A model generated the notes under the pieces. That model had not been told where the DNA came from, ran no database searches, and saw only the letters and a list, made by a program, of their open reading frames with translations. DNA of 64,000 nt from Rhizaria sp. SCN 62-66 (taxonomy: Eukaryota): contig MEDY01000081.1 of the NCBI GenBank assembly GCA_001724265.1, positions 62,001 through 126,000 on the forward strand, read 5' to 3'. Made by a program: the position numbers and the translations under genes. Shown piece by piece: positions 14,401 through 27,339 of the stretch (the first letter of the stretch is position 1; each line of letters begins with the position of its first letter).

Positions 14401-17400
14401 CGCGGCGCGTGCGCGCGGCGGCGGCGGGCGAGGAAGAGCGCGACCTCGCGCGCCGCACACGTTTGCAGCGCGTGGAAGGCGATAGACTCGGGGTACTGGC
14501 CCTCGTAATCGAGCTCGTCCAGCACGCCCGCGCTAGAGTCCGAGCCCGAGGACAGGTCGGAGTGCGCGGCCGACACCGCGGGGGCGCGGCCACTGCCAGT
14601 GCCCCCAGTGGCAGCGCCGCTGTCGTCGCGGAGCACAGACATCGTGTTGTTGCCCGAGTGCACAGCACGGGCGGCGCGAGAGGCGCGGGGCTTGCCCTCG
14701 GTCGCAACCCTGTGGCCACTCGTGGCTGCCACGGCGCCCCACGTCGCGCCGAGCAGGTCCTCCGCGAGTCCCGGCACCGCGGCACCACGAAGCACAGTCG
14801 CAGCCGAACCAGTCGCCGCGCCATCCGTGGCCACGACGCCAGTTAGCGCGCGCGCGCCGAGCGCGGCGTAGGTGTAGAGCACCTCGTTCGCGGCCGACTC
14901 GGCGGGGCCCCAGTCTTTGCCCAGCACCTGGTCCGCGCACGAGAAGGGCCGCGGCATGCGCGGCCGCCGCAGCGTCACCTGCGCGCGGAAGCGGCGGCCC
15001 AGCGAGCGTGCGCCCAGGGGCAGGTACGGCCACAGCGCTGCGACGTGGTCGCCGGCGCCAGTCGCGTTCACGGCAGGGCTACCCGTCTTGGCGTTCCGGT
15101 TATTGACGTTGTTGTTGTTGTTGCCCATCGCAGTCTGGATCTTCGAGTCGACGTTGCTCTTTGCATTGACGCTTGTCGCCGCAGCTGCGTCGGGTGAGTG
15201 TTCGTGCAGCCACTTGGCGAGCGGCGTGGCCATGCGCGGCAGTACGCCCTCGACGGTAACCGTGAGCACGTCCCACGCGCGGTCCGCGTCGCCCCAGTCC
15301 TCGCGGCCCGGCCGCGGCGCGCCGCGCTCCACGGGCGTAGTCGAGGTCTGCACGACGGCCTCGCTCGCTGTGCGGCCCGCGGCGCCGCCCGCGTCGCGCC
15401 GCGCGGGCCGCACGGCTCCGACGGGCCGCAGCAGCAGCGCGACGGTGCCGGCCACTGGATCGAGCACGGCGCGCCGCACCATCCGTGGGTTGTCCAGCAG
15501 CAGTGAGCGCGCCGAGCCTCGCGTCGCCCACAGAGACGCCTCGGGCGGCAGCGACAGCGGCGATGACGACGACGACGACGACGATGACGATGAAGGGCTA
15601 GAGCCGGTGCTCGTAGTCTTCGCGTTACCAGTGGCGTGCGCACTGGCGCCATTTGTGTTCGCGGCGCCCTTTGCGGCCACAGTGTCGGCGCCCGCCAAGG
15701 GGCCCGGCAACAGATCGGAGGGCAGGATGACTGAGGCCGGACGCGCCGCGGCGGCCGTGGCGGTGGCGGCGGCGGCGGCGAGCTTGTGGTAGGCGGCCCA
15801 GAGGTACGTGACAGAGCTTTGTGGCGAATCGTTCTTCGCGTTCTTGCTCTTCTTAACATTGCCGTTAGCATTGGCGTTGGCCCAGGCTAAGAACGCCTTG
15901 AATCGCGCCCGGTCCCCCTCCTCAGCACCCCTCAGACTGGCATTGCTGTTAGCGGCGAAGCGCGGCCAGAGCTGGTGCGCGGCGGCGACGGGTCCCAGCC
16001 CCGCGGCCGCGGTCGCCGCCGCCTCGGACGCGGCCTGTCCGGCGAGGCACTTGCTGCCCAGCCCGCCGTCGAGCAGCGTGATGTTCACTGCGCCGGCGCT
16101 GCGCCAGGCGCGCGCCGCAAGGCGGGCCACGTCAGCGGGCAGCGCCGAGTGGCCGCCGCCGCCCAGTTCGGAGCGCAGACCGAGGCGCGCGCCCGCGAGC
16201 TCAAGCGAGACGTCGTCAAACGCGGTCAGCAGCGCAAGCGCCACGGTGTTCACGCCGCTACTGCCTGCAACACCGCCAACGTTGTTGTTATTGGTGTTCG
16301 CGTTGTTGTTGTCGGTGCTGGTGGGCGTGTTGGAGGCGGTGATGTCGCGCGCGAGCGAGAGCAGCGGCCCCAGCTGCGGCGCGCCGGCGGCCAGCGCCAG
16401 CGCGCGCGAGGCCGAGTGCACCGCGCGCCACCACTCGGCGTCGCCGACCTTCGCCTCCACCGCAGCGCTCGCACTCGCGCTCGCACTCGCGCCAGCACCG
16501 GAGGAAAGCGCGGCGGCGAGCGCGGCGGCGAGGTTGTCTGCGGCGGCGTCGACGGCGGTGGGGCGCGACGGCAGGCTGGGCGGACCCCCGCTGCGGCCGC
16601 CAGCAACGCCGCGCGGGCGCAACGCGGGCGCGCGCGGGGACGGCGGGCGGCGCACGCGCGCGCTCTGACGGTCCTCCAACAGCGCCTGCAGCGGCGACAG
16701 GTCCACCTCCACCGGCGCGGCGGCCGCGGCAGCAGAGCCAGAAGCAGTGGCAAAGGCGGGGCGCGCGGAATACGGCAGTAGGCGGGCGCGCGAGGAGCGC
16801 GGGCGGGCGGTGCCGGCGTCGGCCGCGGTCGCGCCGCCCTGCATCGTAGAATTGACAAAGAAACAAATTAGTTCATACAACATGAGATTAATTTAATAGA
16901 TGGTGTCGATAATATTGTGAAACAGGCTTTCATTTGCAGATTGATCATTTTAGTGCAAGTATTGAACGTACCATTCTTTCGTCGGCTTCAGCCTCAGTCT
17001 CAGCCTCGTCATTATCATCGTCGCTGACATCAATCGCAGCGGCCTGATCGTCGCTGTTGTCGTTATCATGGTCATCATCGTCACCGTGCGTAACCTTAAA
17101 GACACCGAGATTCGCCCGAGTACTTGCAACCAAAGCCTTCTTCGCGCGTTTCGCGTTCTTTGAAGCAGCCTTCGTCTTAGACACAGCAGTCATAGCACCG
17201 ACCTCGGCTTCGGTTTCGTCAAACTCCCCGATGCCGCCTCTCGCCACGTCGTCGTCATCGTCGTACTCGGCCTCGTCCTCGTCGTCGCCGTCGCCGTCGC
17301 CGCTATGCGCGAACACGACGTCGATAGGGGTGACCGTGAGCACGTCGCGCAGACTCAGCAGCACTGCATCGTGGCCCCACGGCAGCGTCAACACCGCCGG

Positions 17401-20400
17401 CGCGCGCCGCGGCCCCAACAGCGGCTGCTCCGCCACGGGGTCGCCGTGCGGGTACCGCGCCAGCAGAGGCGACGAGCCGGCCACGCTCAGCACGTCGCTC
17501 GCCTTCGGGCTGCGGCCCTGGCTCTGGCTCTCACTTTTGCCGTGGCCGTCGCCGTCGTCATTGTCGTCGACCGCGTACGCGTTGGTGGGCACCGTGAGCA
17601 CTGGCAGCGGCACGACCACCTCGCCGCTGTGCGCGGCGTCGCCCGCGCCGCCGACCCCGTCGCCGTCGCCCCAACCCGCGAGCTCGAACCCGGCGGCCGC
17701 GTCGTGCCACCCGCCGCGCTCGCCGACCGCTTCGGCCTCGTCCGCGGCCGCTGCGGCGGCGCGCGCCGCGGCGGGCAGCGGCAGCACAGCCGCTAAGTGC
17801 GCGCTGGCGTCGACCAGCCCGCGGCGCGCGGGGGCGGACGCGGAGGCCCAACCCCACCGGCTGCGCGTGCCAGCGCCGACAGCACTCGAGCCGGATCCAG
17901 AGCCATGAGAGCCAGAGGCTGAGCCTGCGTTGCTGTGCGCCGCGCCGTTACCACTGCTGCTGCTCGCGGTTGACTTCGCGGCGGGAACGCGCGCGTGCAC
18001 GAGCACAGGCGCGCCGTAGGGGGCGAGTCCGGCTCTGTGCTGCAGCTGCATCAGCTGTCCCACGGTCAAGTTCCCCACGCCCCCGGCGTGCCGGGCCTCC
18101 GCATCGGTGTCGGCGGCGCGGTCCAGCGCGTGCAGCGCAAGGGAGAGCGTGTCGTGTAGCGTCCCGCGGTGGCCGGTGCCCGTGTAGCCCGTGTCGGCCA
18201 GCGCGCCCGGCATGCGCAGCGGCGGTAGGCGGCGCGGCGCCTGAAGCGGGTTGAACGGACTCTCCCACAGACCTGTCTCCACCAGCGGCTGCACCGGCGG
18301 CCGCTGCGTCTGCGACTGCGCAGAGCTCGAGCTGCCGTGGTTGTCAGTGACTGTGAACCTCTGGGTGTTCGAGTGTGAGTGGCCTTGCGTCGACTCCATT
18401 GCCGTCGTAGTCGCGGTCGGCTTGCCAGTCGTGCTCACCCGGGCACGCACAGTTGCCTTGCCAGTACTCGCACCAGTACTCGCACCGGTACTCATGGGGG
18501 TACCCGTGCCAGTACTCGTGCCACCGGTGCTCGCTGCGCCCCTGCGCAGCGCGCGCGCGAGCGCCGAGGCGTGGAGCGCGGTAATGGGGGCCGCGACGGC
18601 GCCGCAGTCGCCCAGGTCCCAGCCGCAGCGCGCGCCGAGGCAGGCAAGGTCGCAAACGCCGTCGCCGAGCCAGGCCAGCGGGCAGCCAGGCGCGCACAGG
18701 GGGGACTCGCCGGGCGGGCCCGCAACCCAGGCCGGCACTGCTGACTCAGCAGGCGCAGTGTCGCTTGCGCTCGTACTGCTCGTGTTGTTGTTTCTGCTGT
18801 TGCTTGTGTTGTTGCTGTTGTTGTGGGCGTAGGGCGGGATCGGGGGCGCCGAGAGCCGGTTGGCGGCGCAGGCGGCGGCCCAGTGCAGGGCCGACACGCG
18901 GCCGGCCAGTGCGCGGGCCACCGAGCCCGTGCTACTTCCGGCAGCAGAGGCGTCGCCGCCGGCGGTCTGACTGGGCAGCGCGAGCGCGCCGTCGCGGAAG
19001 CGCGCCGCGGCGAGCGCGCGCTCGGCGGGCGCCGCGATGCAGGCCGAGAGGCAGAGCGGGGACGCGGCGGCCGCGGCGGGGGATAGCGGGCACGGGCCGG
19101 CGATGAGAGAAGGCGCCGCCACCGCGAGCGGGGGCTCCGGCACAGGCTCCGATACAGGGGTAGTCCCAGCAGGCGCAGGCGCCTTGGCTGCAGGTGCATC
19201 AGGCGCGGCAGAGTTGTCAGACTTGGCTGCGGGCTTTGCTTTGATCTTGGCACCGGCCACCGCAACGCTGTCGACCCCCAGTGTGCTGTGCTCGTCGTCG
19301 TCGGTGTAGATGACCGTGCCCGCGAAGGGGTCGGCGACCATCGCCGCGGTCAGCGGCCGCGTCAGAATGGTGTAGGGCGCGAACCCCAGCGCGAGCGCCG
19401 CGGCCACGGGCTCCAGCACCGCAGCTGCCGCGCCCGTCCGGTTGCGCACTGCGCCGTCGCCCGCAGCACCGCTCGCGTCGCCGCCGTGCTTACCGCCTCT
19501 CGCGGCAACGCTGGCGGCCGCGGCGTCTGCGATGCGGCCCGCAAGCTCGCCGCCGTCTCGCGGCAGCCCGCCCAGCACCAGCAGGTGCGACGCCAGCGGG
19601 GGCGGCAGGCGCGGGAGCCCGGCCAGCAGCGCGTTAACGTTGACGGATGGCCACAGCAGCGCGGGCCGCGGCAGCAGCGTCGAGGCCGCGACGGCGATGA
19701 CGCGGAACGGCAGCAGCGCCGGCAGCGCGGCGGCCAGCTCTGCGGGCAGGGATGACAGCGGCACCGGGTGCAGGCGCGTCTGCTTGACGCTCTGCGTCGC
19801 GGCCTTCGTCTTGACAGCGGTCTTGGCGGCGGCGGTGGCGGCGGCGGCGGCGGCGGCGGCGGTCTTGGTCTTCAGCGCGCGGGGCTTCGCCGAGGCAGCG
19901 AGTGGCTTGGCGTCCCTCAAACCCGTGTTGATGCTCTGTGTCTTCACGTCGTCGTTGTCGGCGTCACTGCGCTTGGAATCGTTGTCTGTGTCGGTCTCCG
20001 CCGTCGTCACATCGCCGTCACCCCTAGAGTCATCGCCACCAGCGTCCTCGTCGTCCTCAGCACCATCGGCGGCGGCGGCGGCGGTGTTGGCGGGGAGCAG
20101 GTGGTCCGGCACCACGATGAGCACACGGCCCACGGCGCGCGGCACAGGCACCCCCGCCCGCGCGGCCGCGGGGCCCACCCAGTCGCCCTCGACGCCACCG
20201 CTGGAGCCAGAACCGGTGGGTGAAGCCTTGGCGGTATCCGTGGCGGCGCTCGCGGCCCCCGAGGCGTGACGCGCAAGCGAGCGGAGCGACATCGCCAGCA
20301 GGCGCGCCTGCAGCGACCGGGGCGGGCGCGACGGCAGCGGCACGCGTAGCTCGGCCGCGGCGGCGGCGGTGGACAACGCAGACGCGGTAGAGCTCGCCTT

Positions 20401-22566
20401 CGCTTTGCTGTATGTGCTGGAGAGGGCGCGCGGACCCCAGAGCGCAAAGTGCGCCCTGGTCATCGCGGCGAGCTCTGGGGATGGCACCAGCAGCACTGGC
20501 TCGGCCTCGGCCTCAGCCTCCGCGTCTGGGTCAGCCTCTGCGTCATCGCTAGCGTCGACCCCGTCGTTATCGAGATCGGCGCCGCGCGATGCAAGACCTA
20601 AGGGGTTTCCATTCTCGCCCTCATCGTCGTCACCGTCGCCGTCGCCGTCGTCGTCGCCGAAGCCGTCGCCGTCGCTGGTCGCGGCCACTACCGTGGGCTC
20701 GCCCCAGTAGAAGTACACCGCGTCGACGGGCTACCCGCACAGCGCCGCCGCCGACACAGCGCGCCTGGCCGCCGCCACGGCCGCCACGGACCCGGACCCG
20801 GCCCCTGACTCGGACTCGGGGTCAGTGTCGCGATCTCCGTCGCGGTAGTCGAAGCCGTCGTCGTCGTCAAGGCTATCGCCATCGTCGCCGCCAGTGCTGC
20901 TGGCGGCGCGGCGGCCGCTGCGGCTGTGGCCGTCCGTGGTGGCCGTGGCGGCGAGCGCGGCGGCGTGCGCGGCGGCGGGGTCAGCGTCCGGTGCGGCGGC
21001 CGAGGGTGCGCCGTGCAGCGCGGCGCACGCGCGGCACAGCGGCTGCTGCTGCTGCCGCCGCAGGGACGGCAACGCAAACCCAGAGTTGGCGTCGTGGTCG
21101 TTGCTGCGGCCGTAGGTATCGCCGTCCAGGTCGGCGGCAACGGCCTCGAGCAGCGACACCACAAGTGCGGGCGTCGACGACGGCAGCGGCCGGACACCTG
21201 GCACGAGCGCCGTGAAGTAGCCGTACCCCGGGTCGCGGATGGACGCGGCCGCGGCTCCTGCGCCGCCATGGCCGCGGCCGTTGCGGGCGCCGGCGCCGGA
21301 CGCGGGGAGCACAGTCGCGGCCGGCAACTGTGCCTGCGCCTGTGCTTGTTGTGCCGTAATGCTGGCCTGGAGCGGCACAAAGCCCGACGCCTGCGCCTGC
21401 GTCTGTGCCAGTTGTGACACTGAGGCGCCATCACGGCCGCCACCGTAGTCTCCAGCGATGCCGATAGCATGATCGTCATCGTTAGCGCTGTCACGGTCGA
21501 TGCTGCGGCTGCTGCTTGGGCTCACACCCTCGCTGGCATCTGCAGCCGCCGCCGCCTCCGCGTCCGCCGCCGCCGCCTCCGCCGCCGCCGCCGCGGCCCC
21601 CGCGGCGGCCGGGACCGGTGCCAGTGCGGCGGGCCATGGCAGCAGCGTCGCCGCCTCGGCTTCTGTAACGGCGGAGAGCCCCAGCACGGCAAAGAGCGAC
21701 TCGGGCGGCAGCGGGAGCCCGGTGGCGGCGTGCTCCCACAGCGGGGGCGCGTACGACAGCGCGGTCGCCTCGCCGCCGCCGCCGCCGATGCTGCTGTTGC
21801 TGCCACTGCTAGAGCTAGAGCTGGAGCTAGAGCCGGTGACGTCAGCGTCAGAAGCGGAGTCATCCTTGGAGCCTGAACCAGAGCCGGACCCGGCCTCAGA
21901 GGCCGAGTCGTCCTTTCTCTCGCCGCTGCCGCTGCCGCTGCCGCTGCTGCTGCCACCGGGGCTGTCGCCGGTGATTTCGCCGGTGAGTTCGCTGCCGTCG
22001 CCGTCGCCCGCGCCCGGCGTCGAGGGGCTGTAGATCGAGTAGCCGCCGCCGAGCCCGGCCGTGGTGGCGAGGAGCAGCATGGCCGTGACCAGCGCGATGA
22101 CCGCGGCGACGGCCAGCATCACGCGCGGCGCACAGCGGCGGCCGCTGGAGTCGCCGGCGGAGCCCCCACTGGTGGCACCGGTGGCAGCGCTGTAGCTGCC
22201 GTTAATGCTGGCGTAGTCATCATCGACGTCGTCGTCGCTGTCGCCGATGTCCTCGTCGTTGTCGTTGTCATCCGACGCGGTGGCGTCGTTGTCATGGTAA
22301 GTCGGGGCGTCGTCGCTGGGGGCGGTGTACCACTGAGCGCCAATGCCCAGCCGCTGCCACAGCTGCGAGAACCACTGCGCAGGGCCGCCGGAACCAGCAG
22401 CGGATGCCGAGGGGCGCGGACGGCGGCGACGGGGGCGACTGCTGCGCCCGCCGCTGCCGCCGCTGTTGCTGTTAGCAACACTACCGCTGCCGCCGCCGCC
22501 GCCGATGCCGCTCGGGGCTCGGGAGGCGACGACCGGCCGGGATTCCATGTCGCTATCGGCAAGCAT
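10926..22566 (-). CDS. Giant degenerate Stealth-family / GNPTAB-like (GlcNAc-1-phosphotransferase alpha/beta-like) protein, about 3835 codons; exon 22566-16972 (in-frame TAG at 20733-20731) and exon 16838-10926
   Basis: Collinear GNPTAB-like architecture across three ORF-track ORFs: N-terminal TM helix (~22060-22125), CR1-like PVDAVYFYW (20730-20704), CR2-like LAMSLRSL / RVLIVV / WPSVNVNALLAGLPRLP, LNR repeat CAPGCPLAWLGDGVCDLACLGARCGWDLGDC (18604-18696), CR3-like VPSAAAPLVLN...LATRYPAETWAAAAHRLPHARD (~13490-13650), EF-hand-like DDDCDDVIT, CR4-like DDPRVAFLQLGAD...LRAWARALEP (~11225-11330). Intron 16971-16839 GTACGT...CAG, phase 0, restores the frame; stop TAA. Confidence 0.72.
11433..11481. 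repeat. (CTG)n trinucleotide tract encoding poly-Ser in the Stealth-like gene
   Basis: About 16 uninterrupted GCT/CTG units, read as AGC codons on the minus strand. Confidence 0.85.
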
Positions 22567-23262
22567 CGCACGCAAGGCCTCTGGGCGGAGCGGCTAGAAC
22601 GCTGCTAAGTGAGAACGGGGTGAGGGCGGTGCTCGGGGCAGTCGCGTGCGGGGTGTTCTGTTTGACTGTGTTGGAGGCGTGAAAAAGACTTGTAGGGAAG
22701 TGCGAAACCTATGCAACGAAAAATATTATTTGAACATATGAGTTGTTAATTTAGCGTCTATCGGGATTAGATGTCAAAGCTGTAAATGGCGGACGATATA
22801 CAGATTCTGAAATACGCCAACGCGAGATGCCTCCGGATCCGACACCCCAGCCATCCACCACAGCCGTCACCCACGAATGCATATAATGAAGACAAAACAA
22901 TGCATATCTAAAAGTTATCAGTTCTAAGTACGATTTTATTTAGACATGTTGTTAGCTGATTAAAAATACATATTTGGCTGGTGCTTTTATTGATCGAAGC
23001 ATTGTATTGATAGTGTATAACGAGCTTCTCTACTACGCCAAGGTGACGTGTGACTTCCGGTACAGCATAGCAACACGGGTTTGGCGCACTCAATCAACAG
23101 CGCGTATAATGTGGCTACAGCAACAAAGACTATTACAAACAAAATTAAGGATAAACGTATCAAATCATAACATATACAGACAGCAAACATAATGAGACTT
23201 CTCAGCAAGTCCTTGTCGGCACACAGCAGCGCTGCAGCTCATTGCCCCCGTCCCTCGCCGCC

Positions 23263-24267
23263 TTACTTGCCCTTGCCCGCGCCCGCGGCGCCGCGGCCGG
23301 CCCCAACGCCGCCGGCGGTGGCCGCGAAGGGCGAGACGCCCCAGTTAAGCGTGTACGAGTCCGCGAAGAGGGTCACCTCGGAGGACTTGAGGCCGCGGTG
23401 GAAGCCGCCGTCCTCGGGGCGGCGCAGCGCCTCGCTCACGCCGGAGCCCGCGTCGTCGTCGTAGTCGTCGCCGGCGGGACGCTTGGGCGCCACGGGGGGG
23501 AACCAGCCGTACTCCTGAAAGAAGCAGATTGAGCAAAGTTAGAACAACAACATGGGATATAACGTGGTATAGATGAGATTATAATGTGAAACGTGATTAA
23601 CCATTGACAGAATTGTTCAATCAATTTAACAGTATGATATACCCGCAAGATATGTTACAAAGTGTGAGATATCTAGTTCAAAGCTGTAACTCTTCAGTGC
23701 AGAGCGCACAACACATACCTGGTTGGAGGAGGCCGGGAAGGGGTGGCGCGCCTGGGGCGGCAGCAGCGAGCGGTGCATCGTGCTGAACAGCTCCTCGCGC
23801 AACGCCGCAACGGTCGCCGAGTCCAGGCGCCCGCTCTTGCCACCGGTCCGGCCCATATTGCTCCCGTTGCCGCGGCCAGTGCTGCTCATCGTGCTGTTGT
23901 TGCCGCCGTTGCGCGCAGTGGCGTCGAGGCCCGCCGCGGCGAGGGTCGCGGATCGGCCCTGGCCAGACTGCGTAAAGCTCGCGTTGGCGCTGCCGTTGCT
24001 GTTGCCGCTGCCGTTCACGCAGGCGGAGGAGGACGAGGCGGTCGCGATCGCGGCAGGGCGCGGGCAGCGCGACTCGAAGGAAACGGCGGTGGGCTTCTCG
24101 GGAAGCATCACCAGTGTGCGTGGGTTCGGCGCGTACGCGTGCTTGGGGAAGTTTTCGTACTGACGCGCCTCTTTTTCAACGCGCTCGCGCCAGATAGAAA
24201 GCTTGGCGACCTCGTCCGTGCGCTGCGCGCCTGTCGCAGAGGCTGAGGTGTGCGACTTGGAAAACAT
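23263..24267 (-). CDS. FAM183/CFAP144-like cilia- and flagella-associated protein; exons 24267-23719 and 23514-23263
   Basis: IWRERVEKE...LPEKP N-terminus; PQARHPFPASSNQ|EYGWF formed across intron 23718-23515 (GTATGT...CAG, phase 0); C-terminal SSEVTLFADSYTLNWGVSPF; stop TAA. Confidence 0.75.
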
Positions 24268-24727
24268 CGCCCTGGGGGAGTCAATAGCATTATTTAACGG
24301 ACGTGTAAGTTAGTGAGTGGATATAAAAGTTGACGTTTTATACTACCATCGCGCGGCATTTGACCCTGACGGAGTTACACATCTCTTGAGAGTGGTTACT
24401 AAAACGTAAGTTTCGCCTGTTTCTGTGTCGCTCGCTCGACCGCGCTCTGACCACAAATATTGTTGCGGTACTTATCAATCGTTTATTCCATCAATGAGTC
24501 GACCTAAAGTGCCACCATCTTGCTGCCGCATTTACGCGTTGCTTTTACTTAATAATCCATTTTTACACTTACAAAACACTGCATTTATCGCCCCTGTGCG
24601 CTTCATATCTTTTCGACCCTAGCAGCCCAGGCCTTCTTCCCCATCAACCAGATCTCTACGCCCATAACCACCATCCCCGCGTGTCCGTCCTCGCGCCGTT
24701 TCACTCGCGCGTTGTCAATCTGCTTAA

Positions 24728-26671
24728 ATGTACTCCTCCTTTGCTGCCGAGGCTTCCAGGGGTCCTGCCCACTCTCGTCCGACTCCTCTTGCGAGCGCCG
24801 CCGACGACCTCGCCCGTGTTGCCGCGGGCCGCAGCGCCGGCCTGCGCTCCTCTCTGCCGATCTCCAACGCTGTCATGTCGGTGGGTGACGCGAGCGACGA
24901 CGAGCTGTTTGCATGCAACGAGGCTGATGTTGCGGCACTCCGCAAGGCCAAACCTTGGGCTAACAAGTACGTCCGTAAAATCCTCTCTCGTATGTACATG
25001 CCATCAAATGCGCTTTATGTTGACTTAATGAAACTATCACGTGTAAATATTAATGATCACGGGTGCATCTTGTATTATTTTATCGGTATGCGACGCATTA
25101 CTCTTTCGGTCACAAATATACATGCGTGTATCCCTTCTGTATCTCACATCATCTCTTCTTTCGACTCGCCTGCATTGCACCGCTCAGCCCGTACTTCTTC
25201 CACTCGTGCTCCGTGTCCGCGCTGGCGGCCATGAAGATGCTGCGCCACACCATCACGGGCCTTGTGCCCGTCCCCAACGCGAACATCAACGCCAGCGCTG
25301 ACAACAGCACGGGCAGCACTGGTACCTCCGACGCTGCGCCCTCCGCGGACTCCGCTTCCGGCCCCACGGGCCCCGTCGAGGTGATGGGGCTGCTGTTGGG
25401 CTTCCCCCGCGCCGACGGCACGGTTGTGGTGACCGACGCCTTCCCTTTGCCCGTGCGCGGCATTGAGTACCGCGTTGAGGCCGCAGAGCAGGTACGGCGA
25501 CAGCTCCAATCATTGCTTTTACGCGAGATCTATTCGGACGTGGTTGAGATGTGTGAACTTTGTTGTGGTTAATGTCAGTTCATATGCGTTTAACTTGTCT
25601 TTTTCCGTGAAACTTTTTACATCTAAGTGATATATCCTCTCAAAACACGCTTCACTCCATTCCCTCTCTTTGCTCCACCTCGCATCGCAGGCCCTGGCGA
25701 TCGCCACGAAGCTGCAGGACTCCGTCGAGGCACGCCGCGTGGAGCGCTTTGTGGGCTGGTATCACTCGCACCCGTTCCCGCTGGCGCCATACTCGCACTG
25801 CCACCTGTCTGCGACGGATGTGTCGACGCAGGCCAACTGGCAGCTCATGGCGCCCGCGTGGACGGCTATTGTGGTCGACCCGCAGCGCGCGCTTGCGACG
25901 GCCTCGCTCGAGCTCGCCGCCTTCCGCACGCTGCCGGCGACCTTCGCGCCTGACGCGGACCGCGCGCCCGATGGCGCGCTCATCGAGGACAAGCGCGCGC
26001 ACACGCGCCGCTGGGGGCTCTCGGCCGGCCGCTACTACTGCCTGCCAGTCAACTTCTTCGCGTCCTCGCTTGGCGCGCGCGCGCTGGGAGAACTCTCGCG
26101 CTCCTCACTCTGGGCGCAGGCGCTCCAGCAGCAACAGCAGCAGCAGCAGGCGCAGGCGCAGGTGATGCAGCAGTTCGCGGCGTCCTCAGCCCCTGCCACG
26201 GCTGCGCGCGCGGCCGCCGCCGTGGCCGAGGCGGCGGCGCGCGCGGCGGCCGCCGGCGACGCGGCGGATGCGGCCGTCGCGGCGGTGGGCGAGGCCGAGC
26301 ACAAGTTCATGACCAAGAGGAGCATTGACGGCGCTTATGATGAGGGCTACAATATCGGCGGCGGCGGCGGTGGTGCTGCTGCGGCTGTCAACAACCTCGC
26401 CGACCGTTCGCGCCAGCTGAGCGTCAAGCACGCCGCCGCTGCGGCAAGCGCGGCGACGGCGGCGGAGCGCGCCCGCGACGTCTCGGTTGCGGCGGGCGCC
26501 GCTGCGGGGACGGCGTGCTGTGACGCCGCAGCCTCGCTCATGCGGCTCGTCGCTCTCACGGTCACGCGCGGGCAGCGCGAAGACGACGACGGCGGCTGCC
26601 ACGGCCACGGCAGCGGCGCCTGCGCTGGGGTGGCCAGTGGCGCCAGCGCGATGCAAGACAATTTTGATTGA
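24728..26671 (+). CDS. CSN5: COP9 signalosome subunit 5-like MPN+/JAMM metalloprotease; exons 24728-24966, 25188-25491, 25691-26671
   Basis: Spliced KPWANNPYFFHSCSVSALAAMKMLRH, EVMGLLLG, DAFPLPVRGIEYRVEA, JAMM motif VGWYHSHP...LSATDVSTQ, AIVVDP, WGLSAGRYYCLPVNFFASSL. Introns 24967-25187 (GTACGT...CAG) and 25492-25690 (GTACGG...CAG); stop TGA. Confidence 0.88.
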
Positions 26672-27339
26672 AAGAGTGGCTTGTGAATTGAGAACCTGAT
26701 GCTTTCCGTAGGGGAGCTTCAATGTCAACGATGATGGCCTGAGGTCCGAGAGTTGTCATGCTTCCAATACATCAATACAAAGACTTTTACCCAAATAACA
26801 ATGTGTATCGTGGTGTCGATATAGTATGTTTGCATTCCTGTTGAGTGATATTATCCTCGAAGTCGTCGTCGCTGTCGCTACAGCTGCTACTAAACCCGTT
26901 GCAGCGGCGCAGCGGGAGCTCCTCCATCACAACGGTGTGGAAGTGCAAGATGGCATCGTAAATCTCGCACCACTTCTCGTCGGTGGCCTCCGCGTTGACC
27001 TTGTCGGTCAGATAGACAATCGCCCGCGCCAGCTCCGGCGAGTCCAGGAGCGAGCGGCGACGAGGGCCAACCGCGGAGGATGCAGAGACCCCCCACCCCC
27101 CCCTAAAAAAATCATGTCGCGGTAACAGTAACGTTACTATTAAGGTACGTAAGCAAACATCAAAGATAATGAAAAGAATTATATGTATCAAAGAGCTTTA
27201 AATTAACGCGCATCAAGCAAAAAAAATCATTAAACATTGATAATCACCATACAGGTGTTCCATGAAAGTCTCTTCGTAGTGTTACGCGCAGCACAGACTG
27301 CGAGCTTACAAATTTTCATCGACTTTCCTAACTGGAGGT

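Noticed and set aside
22594-22596. Third in-frame TAG upstream of the Stealth-like gene
   Set aside because: It lies 5' of the first in-frame ATG (22566), probably in the UTR, so it is uninformative about decoding.
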